Source: Gemmatimonadales bacterium (lineage in GTDB: Bacteria; Gemmatimonadota; Gemmatimonadetes; Gemmatimonadales; GWC2-71-9). From it: 64,000 bases of DNA. The position numbers and the translations under genes are program-made. Below the pieces are notes generated by a model. That model was not told the DNA's origin, did not search any database, and saw nothing but the letters and a program-made list of their open reading frames with translations. The stretch lies in NCBI GenBank assembly GCA_036279355.1, contig DASUJH010000028.1, positions 45,577 through 109,576 on the forward strand, given 5' to 3'. Positions 46,151 through 56,033 of the stretch are shown one piece after another (position 1 is the first letter of the stretch; each line of letters opens with the position of its first letter).

Positions 46151-47188
46151 TTAGCTGTGCGGAAACGCGCCGTCCGCGGCGCCTTCCGCCGCTGCGAGCT
46201 CGAGGCCGCGCGTGGCCGCGCCGATGAGCGCCGCCCGTTGCATCACGACGTGCACCGGCAGCCCCGCCAGCAATTCGCCGAAGCGCCCCTTCCGCACGAA
46301 CTGACGCATGAACCGGCCTTCCACCAGCGCGGGGAGGAGCCGCACCGGGAGCCCGCCCGCGAGGTAGATGCCGCCGGTCGCCAGCACCTTGAGCGCGAGG
46401 TTGCCCGCTTCGGCGGCGAGGATCGCGACGAAGAGATCCAACGCGGCCGCCGCGAGCGGGTCGGGCTCGGGCTGGCGCAGCCCTGCCGCGCTGATGAGCG
46501 GTGTGCGGTCCGCTGCCGCGGCCAGCGCTGCGGCCAGCTCGGGCGACTCCGCCGCGTGGCCCCGGTCGCGCAGGTGGTCGTAGAGATTCGGAATGCCGAT
46601 TCCCGAGCAGACCCGCTCCCAGCTCACGTGCCCGACGCGCTTCATGAGATCGTTGAGCAGCTCCACCTCCTCGGGCGTGGTGGGCGCAAAACTCGCGTGG
46701 CCGCCCTCCGAGGGAAAAGCGCGGTAACGGGCGCCGTCCGGAACGAGAAACGCCTCGCCGAGGCCCGTGCCGGGGGCGATCACCGCGATGACACCGCCCG
46801 GCGCCGCCGGCACCGCGTTCAACGTGTGCACGTCGCCGGGGCCCAACCCCGGCACCGCGATCGCGATCGCGTGGAGATCGTTGAGGAGATGCACCGATTC
46901 GAGGCCGAGTGCGCCGGACAGCTCGATCTCGTCGAGCCGCCAGGGCAGATTGGTCACCTTGGCCCGGCCGTCGAGCACCGGGCCCGCCACGTCGAAGCAT
47001 GCGCGCCGAACGCCGATGCCGGTGGCAATGGCGGCGGGGGTTGCGAGAAATTCGCGCGCGAGCGTCGGCAGATCCGTATACTGCGTGCTCGGAAACTCGG
47101 CGCGCGCAAGCGGCCGGCGCGGGCCGCTCGCCGGATCGAAGATCGCAAGCTCCGTTTTGGTGCCGCCGATGTCACCGGCCAGCAGCAT
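46151..47188 (-). CDS. glk: glucokinase
   Basis: MLLAGDIGGTKTELAIF, LLNDLHA, IAPGTGLGEA and SEGGHASFAP are present. Confidence 0.85.
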   Translation of the reverse strand: MLLAGDIGGTKTELAIFDPASGPRRPLARAEFPSTQYTDLPTLAREFLATPAAIATGIGVRRACFDVAGPVLDGRAKVTNLPWRLDEIELSGALGLESVHLLNDLHAIAIAVPGLGPGDVHTLNAVPAAPGGVIAVIAPGTGLGEAFLVPDGARYRAFPSEGGHASFAPTTPEEVELLNDLMKRVGHVSWERVCSGIGIPNLYDHLRDRGHAAESPELAAALAAAADRTPLISAAGLRQPEPDPLAAAALDLFVAILAAEAGNLALKVLATGGIYLAGGLPVRLLPALVEGRFMRQFVRKGRFGELLAGLPVHVVMQRAALIGAATRGLELAAAEGAADGAFPHS

Positions 47189-47251
47189 GTCACCGTCCCG
47201 AGCGGAATGGCGCGTGTAGCGGCGCGGCGCGAACGGCCGCGCGTCACCCTG

Positions 47252-47260
47252 TGGTATTAT
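47252..47260 (+). promoter_or_regulatory. possible extended -10 element (TGgTATTAT) in the glk/glucoamylase divergent region
   Basis: It is the only AT-rich hexamer in the 89-nt intergenic region and lies 18 nt upstream of the glucoamylase ATG. No convincing -35 is present. Confidence 0.25.
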
Positions 47261-47277
47261 AGGGCGGAGCGCCCGAA

Positions 47278-49680
47278 ATGACCGACTCACAGGAATACGC
47301 CCCCGGCTGGCCCGGCATACCGGCGCGCTGGACCTCGAGCGCCAAGTCGGGCGTGGGCACCGCACTTACCACCGCGAGCCGCGTCTGGTTCACGCTGAGC
47401 CACGGCGTGTTCAACGAGATCTACTACCCGCGGAACGACGTCGCCTGCGTGCGCGATCTCGGCTTCATCGTGACCGACACCGACGGATTCGTCTCCGAAG
47501 AAAAGCGGCACGCCATCCACGAGATCACGGTGGCGGCGCCGGGCGTGCCGCTCTACCGGATCGTCAACACCTGCGAGGACGGCCGCTACAGGATCGAGAA
47601 GCGGATCCTCGCCGATCCGCTCCGCGACGCGGTGGTTCAGCGCACCCGCTTCACGCCGCTCAAGGGCACGCTCCGCGACTACCGCCTCTTTGCCGTACTG
47701 GCGCCGCATCTGGGCAACGCGGGCGCCGGGAACACCGCCTGGGTTGGCGATCACAAGGGCCGCCCGATGCTCTTTGCCCAGCGCGGTCCGCTCGCGCTGG
47801 CGCTCGCCTGCTCGGGGCCGTGGCGGGCCCGCTCGGCCGGCTTCGTCGGCACGTCGGACGGATGGCAATCGCTCACCCGCGAGGGCCGGCTCGACGCCAC
47901 GTATCGCCGGGCCGAGAACGGCAACGTCGCGCTCACCGGCGAGATCGACCTCGACGCCGAGGCCGGCGAGTTCGCCCTCGTACTCGGCTTCGGAGACTCG
48001 CCGGCCGAGGCCGGAAGCCGGGCCCTCGCGGCGCTGCTCGAAGAGGTCGAGGCATCCGCCGCCGCGTACCAGCGCGAGTGGGAGGCGTGGCAGGCGGAGC
48101 TGATTCCGCTCGACGAGTTCGACCCTCGGCCGCGCGATCTCTTCCGCGCGAGCGCCGCCGTCATCAAGACCCACGAATCGAAGGCCTTTCCCGGCGCCGT
48201 CGTTGCGAGCCTGTCGATTCCCTGGGGCCAGGACAAGGGCGACTCCGACATGGGCGGCTACCACCTCGTGTGGCCGCGCGACCTCACCGAGGCGGCGGGC
48301 GGCCTGCTCGCCGCGGGCGCCCGCAGCAGCGCACACCGCGTGCTCCAGTATCTCGAGATCACGCAGGATGCCGACGGCCACTGGCCGCAGAACATGTGGC
48401 ACGCGGGCACGCCGTACTGGGACGGCGTCCAGATGGACGAAACGGCGTTGCCCATTCTGCTGATCGATCTCACCCGCCGCGAGTTGGGCCTTCCGCAGGG
48501 AACGGTCGAACGCTTCTGGCCGATGGTGCGCCGCGCCGCCGCCTACATCGTGCGGAACGGGCCGGTCACGCAGGAGGATCGCTGGGAGGAGGAGGCCGGC
48601 TACTCACCGTTCACGCTCGCCGTGGAGATCGCGGCGCTCGTCGTTGCGGCGGACCTGGCCGAGTGGGCGGGCGAAGCGTCGCTCGCCACCTACCTGCGCG
48701 AGACCGCCGACCTCTGGAACGCGAATGTCGAGCGCTGGACGTACGTCGCCGGCGATGACCTCGCGCGCCGGATCGGCGTCGCCGGGTACTACGTGCGCGT
48801 GGCGCCGCCGGAAAGCTCGGACGCCGCCTCGCCCGCGGCCGGCTTCGTCGCGATCAAGAACCGACCGGCGGGCGAAGCCAAGGTGCCGTACGCGAGCGTG
48901 GTGAGCCCCGACGCGCTGGCGCTCGTGCGGTGCGGTCTGCGCCGGGCCGACGACCCGCGCATTGCCGATACCGTAAAGGTGGTCGACGCGCTGCTCAAGG
49001 TCGACACGCCATTCGGCCCCTGCTGGCACCGCTACAACGGCGACGGCTACGGCGAACACGCCGACGGTTCTGCTTTCGACGGCACCGGCATCGGGCGCCT
49101 CTGGCCGCTGCTCACGGGCGAGCGCGGCCACTACGAGCTGGCCGCCGGTCGTCGCGACGCCGCCGAACGCCTGCTCGGCGCCATGGAGCGGTTCGCGAGC
49201 GATACCGGGCTGCTTCCGGAGCAGATCTGGGGCGCTGCTGACATTCCCGCCCGCGAGCTCTATTGCGGCCGCCCGACCGGCTCCGCCATGCCGCTCGTCT
49301 GGGCCCACGCCGAGTACGTGAAGCTCCGGCGCTCGCTCTCCGATGGCCGCGTGTTCGATTGCCCGCTCGCGGCCGAGCAGCGATACGCCGTGGGTGACAC
49401 GCGTACGCACCTCGCCGGCTGGCGCTTCAACCAGCGGATCCGCAGCATGCCGCGGGGCCGCGTCCTGCGGGTCGACGTGCTCGCGCCGGCCCGGATCCAC
49501 TGGGGCCACGACGGCTGGCGCGACGTGCGCGACACTGATACCCGCGACACCGGCGTCGGCACACACGTGGCCGATCTGCCGACCGCCGAGCTGCCGAGCG
49601 GCGCGCGGGTGGATTTCACGCTGTACTGGCTCGAGGCGGATACGTGGGAAGGGCGGGACTACCAGGTGACCGTCGAGTGA
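47278..49680 (+). CDS. GH15 glucoamylase / glucodextranase-like glucan 1,4-alpha-glucosidase
   Basis: The N-terminal beta-sandwich region reads APGWPGIPARWTSSAKSGVGT...FNEIYYPR. The catalytic (alpha/alpha)6 region reads GGYHLVWPRDL...DRWEE. Confidence 0.9.
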   Translation: MTDSQEYAPGWPGIPARWTSSAKSGVGTALTTASRVWFTLSHGVFNEIYYPRNDVACVRDLGFIVTDTDGFVSEEKRHAIHEITVAAPGVPLYRIVNTCEDGRYRIEKRILADPLRDAVVQRTRFTPLKGTLRDYRLFAVLAPHLGNAGAGNTAWVGDHKGRPMLFAQRGPLALALACSGPWRARSAGFVGTSDGWQSLTREGRLDATYRRAENGNVALTGEIDLDAEAGEFALVLGFGDSPAEAGSRALAALLEEVEASAAAYQREWEAWQAELIPLDEFDPRPRDLFRASAAVIKTHESKAFPGAVVASLSIPWGQDKGDSDMGGYHLVWPRDLTEAAGGLLAAGARSSAHRVLQYLEITQDADGHWPQNMWHAGTPYWDGVQMDETALPILLIDLTRRELGLPQGTVERFWPMVRRAAAYIVRNGPVTQEDRWEEEAGYSPFTLAVEIAALVVAADLAEWAGEASLATYLRETADLWNANVERWTYVAGDDLARRIGVAGYYVRVAPPESSDAASPAAGFVAIKNRPAGEAKVPYASVVSPDALALVRCGLRRADDPRIADTVKVVDALLKVDTPFGPCWHRYNGDGYGEHADGSAFDGTGIGRLWPLLTGERGHYELAAGRRDAAERLLGAMERFASDTGLLPEQIWGAADIPARELYCGRPTGSAMPLVWAHAEYVKLRRSLSDGRVFDCPLAAEQRYAVGDTRTHLAGWRFNQRIRSMPRGRVLRVDVLAPARIHWGHDGWRDVRDTDTRDTGVGTHVADLPTAELPSGARVDFTLYWLEADTWEGRDYQVTVE

Positions 49681-50828
49681 TACTTCTTCGAAGACTCGCA
49701 TTGCGATCGCTCGTCGCCGCCGTCGTCGCATTCGCCGCGCCGCCTGCCGTGCGCGCTCAGTGCCCCATTGCGCGTGACTACTGGCCCACCAAGGGCTGGC
49801 GCGCGGCGTCACCCTCTACCCAAGGCATGGATTCGCTCGCCCTCGATGCCGCGCTCACCCGCCTGGGCCGCGACTATCCCGCGGTAGACGGCGTCGTCGT
49901 CATTCGCCACGGCTACGCCGTCGCCGAACGGTACTACCACGGCCACGGGCCGAAGGACCGCGTCGACCTCTTCTCCGCCACGAAAAGCGTCACGTCCATC
50001 CTGATCGGTATCGCGCTCGATCGGCATCTCTTCCGCGACGTCGAGCAGTCCATCGCCGACTTCATCCCCGAATACTTCGCGCGCGCCGATGCCGACTCCG
50101 CCAAGCGCCGGATCAGCGTTCGCAACCTGCTCACGATGACGTCGGGTCTCGATTGGGATGAATCGCACGCCGCCGACTACTTCCGCGACGCGCCGGGGCA
50201 GGCGGTCGGCATTCTCCGCCGCAAGCTCGTGGCCGAGCCGGGCACGCGCTTCAACTACAGCTCGGGCAACGCGCACCTGCTCGCCATTGCCCTGAGCCAC
50301 GCGAGCAAGACAACGCCGCGCGACTTCGGGAACGACAATCTCTTCGTTCCCCTCGGCTTCACGGTGCGCTTCCTCGACTGGCCTGCCGACGAGAACGGCG
50401 TCAACTCGGGCGGGAGCGCGCTCGAGCTTTCGCCGCGCGAGATGGCCAAGCTGGGATACCTCTATCTCAACGCCGGCTGCTGGGACGGACGCCAGATCGT
50501 CTCGGCCGAGTGGGTGGCGCAGAGCATCCGAAAGTGGAGCGAGAGCGGTCCGCCGCCCAACGGGAACGGCTACGGCTACCTCTGGTGGCTTTCGTCGGTC
50601 ATCGAGCGCGCGTACATGGCGATCGGTTATGCCGGCCAGTACATCCTTGTCGCGCCTTCGCAGGACATGGTCGTCGCCGCGGTGGCGCATCCGACGCCCG
50701 AGGGTTCCAGGCACTTCGAGGTGCTCCGCGACGTCGTCCTCAGTGCCGCTGGAGAGACACGTCCTCGCTCTGCACGTTCTGGCCAACCATCAGCACCAGG
50801 AGCCGCGACCGATAACCGTCCGCCGTGA
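49677..50828 (+). CDS. serine hydrolase, beta-lactamase/PBP4*-like family
   Basis: The GTG start overlaps the glucoamylase stop as GTGA. A signal peptide is present. SATKSV (SxxK) and YSSGN are present. Confidence 0.8.
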   Translation: MILLRRLALRSLVAAVVAFAAPPAVRAQCPIARDYWPTKGWRAASPSTQGMDSLALDAALTRLGRDYPAVDGVVVIRHGYAVAERYYHGHGPKDRVDLFSATKSVTSILIGIALDRHLFRDVEQSIADFIPEYFARADADSAKRRISVRNLLTMTSGLDWDESHAADYFRDAPGQAVGILRRKLVAEPGTRFNYSSGNAHLLAIALSHASKTTPRDFGNDNLFVPLGFTVRFLDWPADENGVNSGGSALELSPREMAKLGYLYLNAGCWDGRQIVSAEWVAQSIRKWSESGPPPNGNGYGYLWWLSSVIERAYMAIGYAGQYILVAPSQDMVVAAVAHPTPEGSRHFEVLRDVVLSAAGETRPRSARSGQPSAPGAATDNRPP

Positions 50829-51696
50829 CGCGGACGTATTGCGTGCGGCAATTGTCCACCAGCGCCAGGTCGAAGCGGAAGTGGTACACCCCGTTGTCGT
50901 CGGTGAACGCCGAGAACGGCGTGCCGATCATCTGCAGGTGCGCTCCCGCGAGCGGCAGTCCGGTGTCGCCCTTGAACACTCGGCCCACCGCGACGCCGTA
51001 CTGCGTCGGCCCGGCCGATTCGGCCGGCACCGACGGCTTGGGAACGCACTTGGTGGGGTCGTCCGGCAGAAGGCTCTCGAGCGGCTTCACATCGCGCGGC
51101 CCGGCGCCGGCCGGCGGACCCGCACGGCGGCGGCCGAAGATGCGCCGTGCCTCCGACTCGAGCGTCGGCGCGGCCGCGAGGTCGGTGGGCTTGGGCGCAG
51201 CGGCCTCCGGCTCGGCCGGGTTGGCGGCCGGTGACTCGGGCGTCGTCGCGCCGGGCCGGGCCGGCTTGCTCTCCGGGGGCACTTCGCCCTCCGAGCGCTT
51301 GGCGTCGGGCGGAGCGTTGGCCTCGGGTTCGGGCACCGGCTGCGCCTTGGGCGGGGGCGGCGTCTGCAGCTCGCGCGGACGCGGCGGCGGCTCCGGTGCA
51401 GGCGGCGGTGGTTTGGGCTTGGGCGGCGGTGGCGGAGGTAGCGGCTTCGGCAGCGGCTTCGGCGCGGGGGGCACGTAGAGCGGGATCTCGCGCTCCCGCA
51501 CCGCAAGCGGCATTGTGTCCCGTTTCTGCGGCGGCTCCTGCGCATCGGGTCGAGTCAACAGCACGGCCAGTGTAATGACGAGCGCATGCAGCGCAACGCT
51601 GGCCGCGATCTCCGTCCATGGACGGCGCGGCCGCGACACCGGCGGCGGCGTGTCGCGGGAGCCGGACTGGGGAAAGAGGGGCGGGCGCGATGCCAA
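50740..51696 (-). CDS. membrane-anchored proline-rich protein with a C-terminal carboxypeptidase-regulatory-like domain
   Basis: The TM helix is IAASVALHALVITLAVLL. A TonB-like PxP/KP spacer follows. The C-terminus reads GRVFKGDTGLPLAGAHLQMIGTPFSAFTDDNGVYHFRF. The start is TTG at 51696, or a GTG near 51639. Confidence 0.6.
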   Translation of the reverse strand: MASRPPLFPQSGSRDTPPPVSRPRRPWTEIAASVALHALVITLAVLLTRPDAQEPPQKRDTMPLAVREREIPLYVPPAPKPLPKPLPPPPPPKPKPPPPAPEPPPRPRELQTPPPPKAQPVPEPEANAPPDAKRSEGEVPPESKPARPGATTPESPAANPAEPEAAAPKPTDLAAAPTLESEARRIFGRRRAGPPAGAGPRDVKPLESLLPDDPTKCVPKPSVPAESAGPTQYGVAVGRVFKGDTGLPLAGAHLQMIGTPFSAFTDDNGVYHFRFDLALVDNCRTQYVRVTADGYRSRLLVLMVGQNVQSEDVSLQRH

Positions 51697-51841
51697 CGGG
51701 GACGGGTCCTGGGTCGGGACTGTGGCGTGAGAGAGGGCAGAAGATACACGGCTCGACCGCCGGTGTGGCCGCCGGTCGGGGACCAGCTCGGCGAATTCGG
51801 ATACGCCCGCCGTCAGCGCACCGCGCTAGATTGCGGCGCCG

Positions 51842-52525
51842 ATGACCAATCGCGCGGCGCTCCGCCGTTTTCTCGCCTTCCTTCTTGCGGCCGCTCCCTG
51901 GGTGCCGGCGTGCCGGCCCTCGCCGGCCGACCACGCGACGGGGTCCGCACGCTCGGGCCCCCAGGCGGTACCACAAGGGACGGCACGGCGTAGCGATCCC
52001 GTCCCCGCTTGCGGCGGCCGCTGCGGCGCGGAGCGGTGGGCCATCAAGACGCTGAGCGATCGCCGTCGCGACGAGGTCCGCACCGATACGGTCGTCGCCA
52101 CCACCATCGATCACCTGATAGCCATCCCTGCGCCCGCGCAGACCACGCCATATCGGCGCATTGCCCCGGTCGAAACGACGGTGTACCGCGTCGAGGCGCG
52201 GCTCGTCGGGTGGGTGCGCGAGCGCGACCACGATTTCCACCTTATCCTCGCGAGCCCACGCGACCCGTCGGCCACCATGGTGGCCGAAATCCCCGACCCC
52301 GAGTGCGCCGGCGCCTGCCTGTCGGGCTACTCCGAGGCGTTTGCACGGATGCGGCAGGAAGTCGTGCAGCGCTTCGAGGCGTCGGGTGCCGTGCCCGGGG
52401 GTTCGGAGGAGGCGCCGCTCGTCACCATCACCGGCGTCGGCTTTTTCGATCGCGAGCACGAACAGCGCGGCGCGGCACCGAACCAGATCGAGCTGCACCC
52501 GGTGCTCTCGCTTCGGTTCCGCTGA
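51842..52525 (+). CDS. conserved-looking Cys-rich lipoprotein
   Basis: The lipobox is LLAAAPWVPAC. ERWAIKTL...DHDFHLIL...EIPDPECAGAC...GVGFFDREHEQRGAAPNQIELHPVL is present. Confidence 0.6.
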   Translation: MTNRAALRRFLAFLLAAAPWVPACRPSPADHATGSARSGPQAVPQGTARRSDPVPACGGRCGAERWAIKTLSDRRRDEVRTDTVVATTIDHLIAIPAPAQTTPYRRIAPVETTVYRVEARLVGWVRERDHDFHLILASPRDPSATMVAEIPDPECAGACLSGYSEAFARMRQEVVQRFEASGAVPGGSEEAPLVTITGVGFFDREHEQRGAAPNQIELHPVLSLRFR

Positions 52526-52591
52526 GCCATAAGCCATCGCTCCCGCACCTGCGGGCACAGCGGCCTTCCGCCCTGACGCTGCGCCCCGCGC

Positions 52592-52795
52592 CGGCTTGCC
52601 CGAGATCCTGAACACCAGCACCGCCATGCCGAGGCAGAGCGCGCCCGCGGCCCAGAAAGCCGCTGCGTAGTCGCCCAGCTCGGTGCGGATGAGCCCGGCA
52701 CCATATGCAGCGGCTGCGGCGCCGAGCTGGTGCGCGGCCATGATCCCGCCGACCATGACACCCACCCTTGCTCCACCGAATCGATCGGCGGTGAG
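52592..52795 (-). pseudogene. C-terminal remnant of an MFS transporter gene
   Basis: LTADRFGGARVGVMVGGIMAAHQLGAAAAAYGAGLIRTELGDYAAAFWAAGALCLGMAVLVFRI resembles the last two helices of an MFS family. There is no room for the other ~350 aa upstream, and no nearby stop. Confidence 0.35.
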
Positions 52796-52891
52796 CCGGA
52801 CCGTGGGCGGCTCCGGTGGCGCGGGTCCAGCCGAACTCGTGCTCGAGCGGCACGAGGACGCCGGGCGTGGGGGCGGCGCCGCGTCCGCCGC

Positions 52892-53436
52892 TCACGCCTG
52901 GAGCCGCGCCGCGGTGGCGCGCACCTGGTGCGTGTGCCGGGCCTCGTGCTGGCCCACGAACACGATCCACTGGTAAAAGGTGAGCGGCCCAAGCAGGAGG
53001 TGAGGCCGGGTGATCGATCCGACCGCGCGCCCATCGACGCGCGCGAGCAGCGCGATCATGCCGTCCCGTGTCTTCGCGAGCCCGGCGAGCGCGGGCTCGA
53101 ACGTCACGTCCGCCGCTGGCCGCACCAGCTCGGGCGCCTCGATCCGCCGCGTGGCGTCGAGCAGCCGAAACCGGTCGAGGCAGCCGAGCACGGAGCTTGT
53201 GTCGGCTTCGGGCCCGAGGGCGTCGAGGTCTGTCCGGTCGAGCGTGCGGTTGAGCATCCGCACGATGCCGTCCTCCACCACGCGCAGGTGCTCCGCGATC
53301 TCGGCCGGTGACCAGGCATCCGGCGCCGGCCGCCGCTCGCGCAATGGAGCGGGAACCTGATCGAGCGCCGTGACCAGGTCCGTGCGGGTGCGCGCGAGAT
53401 ACTCGATGAGTTCGGACGTACGCGGATGCAGAGGCA

Positions 53437-53437
<1 letters not shown>
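52892..53437 (-). CDS. DinB-family protein
   Basis: WSPAEIAEHL and FYQWIVFVGQHEARHTHQV are present. The ATG overlaps the ctaA stop as TAATG. Confidence 0.8.
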
Positions 53438-54447
<1,010 letters not shown>

Positions 54448-54544
54448 CGCCGAATGATAGCCCGTCCCCTGGGCCCCGGTTATCTTCCCCCGCCCGGCGC
54501 GCGGCCGCTCACCCTGTCCGCCCGTCCGCCTCTTTCGACCGCCC

Positions 54545-55960
54545 ATGACCACCGCCACCGTCGCTCGCCGCCCCGCCGCCGACCTCTGGTCCGCCCTCCG
54601 CGAGGCGGTCCGCGGCTCGCGCCAGGACTTCACCGAAGGCCCGGTCGGCCGCGCGATTCTGCTGCTCGCCGTCCCGATGGTGCTCGAGATGGTGCTGGAG
54701 TCGGTCTTTGCCGTGACCGATGTCTTCTTCGTCTCGCGCCTTGGCGCCGATGCGGTGGCGACGGTGGGCCTCACCGAATCGCTGATGGCGCTGGTCTACG
54801 CGGTGGCGGTGGGCGTAAGCATCGGCGTCACGGCCACGGTCGCGCGCCGCACCGGCGAGAAGGATCCGGACGGCGCCGCCCGCGCCGCCGTGCAGGGCAT
54901 CGCGTTGGGCGTGGCACTCGCCGCCGCCATCGGCGTGACGGGCGCGCTCCTCGCCCCGAAGCTGCTCGCGTTGCTGGGCGCGTCGCCGGAGGTCATCGCC
55001 ATCGGCCACGGTTACACGCGCATTCTCCTCGGCGGCAGCGCCGTGGTGCTCTTCCTTTTTCTCATCAATGCGGCCTTCCGCGGCGCGGGCGATGCGGCCG
55101 TGGCCATGCGCGTCCTCTGGTTTGCGAGCGCGATGAACATCGTGCTCGGGCCCTGTCTCATCTTCGGCCTCGGTCCCTTTCCCCGGCTCGGCGTGACGGG
55201 TGCCGCCATCGCCACCACGACCGGACGCGGCCTCGGCGTGTTGGTCCAGTTCGTCTTTCTCTGTCGGCCCGGCGGCCGCCTCACGATTCGGCGCCGCCAT
55301 CTCCGCATCGATCCCGCCGCCATCTGGCGCCTCGTCCGGCTCTCGGCGAGCGGCGTCCTGCAGATGCTGATCGGCACGGCGAGCTGGATCGGGCTCGTGC
55401 GCATCGTGGCGCTCTTCGGGAGCGGCGCACTGGCCGGATATACCATCGGCATCCGGATCATCATCTTCGCCCTGCTGCCCTCGTGGGGCTTGAGCAACGC
55501 CGCCGCGACGATGGTGGGTCAGGGTTTGGGAGCCCGGAAGCCCGACCGCGCCGAGCGCGCCGTATGGCTCGCGGCCGCGTACAATCTCGTCTTCCTCACG
55601 GCGATCGGCATCGCGTTCGTGGCATTGGCGGAGCCGATCGTACGCCTCTTCACGACCGATCCCGCCGTTGCCCCGGTCGCCGTGCGCTGCCTGCGCCTCG
55701 TGAGCTTCGGGTTCCCGCTGTACGCGTATGGCATGGTGCTCACCCAGTCGTTCAACGGCGCGGGTGACACCTGGACGCCCACGCTCCTCAACCTCGTCTG
55801 CTTTTGGCTCTGGGAGATTCCGCTCGCCTGGCTGCTCGCGGTACGATTCGGCTTCGGCCCGCCCGGCGCCTTCGGGGCGATCACCGCCGCGTTCTCCGCG
55901 CTCGCGCTGCTCAGCGTGGGGATCTTCCGCCGCGGCCATTGGAAGCTCCGGACGGTGTAA
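54545..55960 (+). CDS. MATE-family efflux transporter
   Basis: ILLLAVPMVLEMVLESVFAVTDVFFVSRLG is present, with 12 TM helices. Confidence 0.9.
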   Translation: MTTATVARRPAADLWSALREAVRGSRQDFTEGPVGRAILLLAVPMVLEMVLESVFAVTDVFFVSRLGADAVATVGLTESLMALVYAVAVGVSIGVTATVARRTGEKDPDGAARAAVQGIALGVALAAAIGVTGALLAPKLLALLGASPEVIAIGHGYTRILLGGSAVVLFLFLINAAFRGAGDAAVAMRVLWFASAMNIVLGPCLIFGLGPFPRLGVTGAAIATTTGRGLGVLVQFVFLCRPGGRLTIRRRHLRIDPAAIWRLVRLSASGVLQMLIGTASWIGLVRIVALFGSGALAGYTIGIRIIIFALLPSWGLSNAAATMVGQGLGARKPDRAERAVWLAAAYNLVFLTAIGIAFVALAEPIVRLFTTDPAVAPVAVRCLRLVSFGFPLYAYGMVLTQSFNGAGDTWTPTLLNLVCFWLWEIPLAWLLAVRFGFGPPGAFGAITAAFSALALLSVGIFRRGHWKLRTV

Positions 55961-56033
55961 CGCCGGCGCCACTATGGCTCCCGCCGGGCATCCGTCATAT
56001 CCTTGACACCGTATATTGACAGACCCCCTCTGA

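Noticed and set aside
44387-47281. 964-aa ORF on the plus strand, the largest ORF in the track.
   Set aside because: It runs antisense to zwf, gnd and glk, which have unmistakable motifs. Its translation is Arg/Ala/Pro/Gly-rich with no recognisable domains. This is the usual artefact of stop-codon paucity in a ~70% GC genome.
50627-52765. 712-aa minus-strand ORF.
   Set aside because: Only the first ~58 codons resemble a real protein (an MFS C-terminus). The remainder overlaps the lipoprotein gene 51842..52525 and the Pro-rich protein gene and has shadow-frame composition.
55962-55988. Hairpin candidates after the MATE gene (CCGGCG-n13-CGCCGG) and after bioA (39172-39197, AGGGCG-n13-CGCCCT), considered as terminators.
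   Set aside because: The stems are short with large loops and no U-tract. In this GC content they are not distinguishable from chance.
56003-56021. A direct repeat of TTGACA (56003-56008 and 56016-56021) with TATATT between the copies, just upstream of the second kinase gene; considered as a promoter.
   Set aside because: The spacing between the -35-like and -10-like hexamers (3 nt) is incompatible with a sigma-70 promoter, and the second TTGACA lies only 12 nt from the GTG start. It may be a regulator site, but I cannot support a call.
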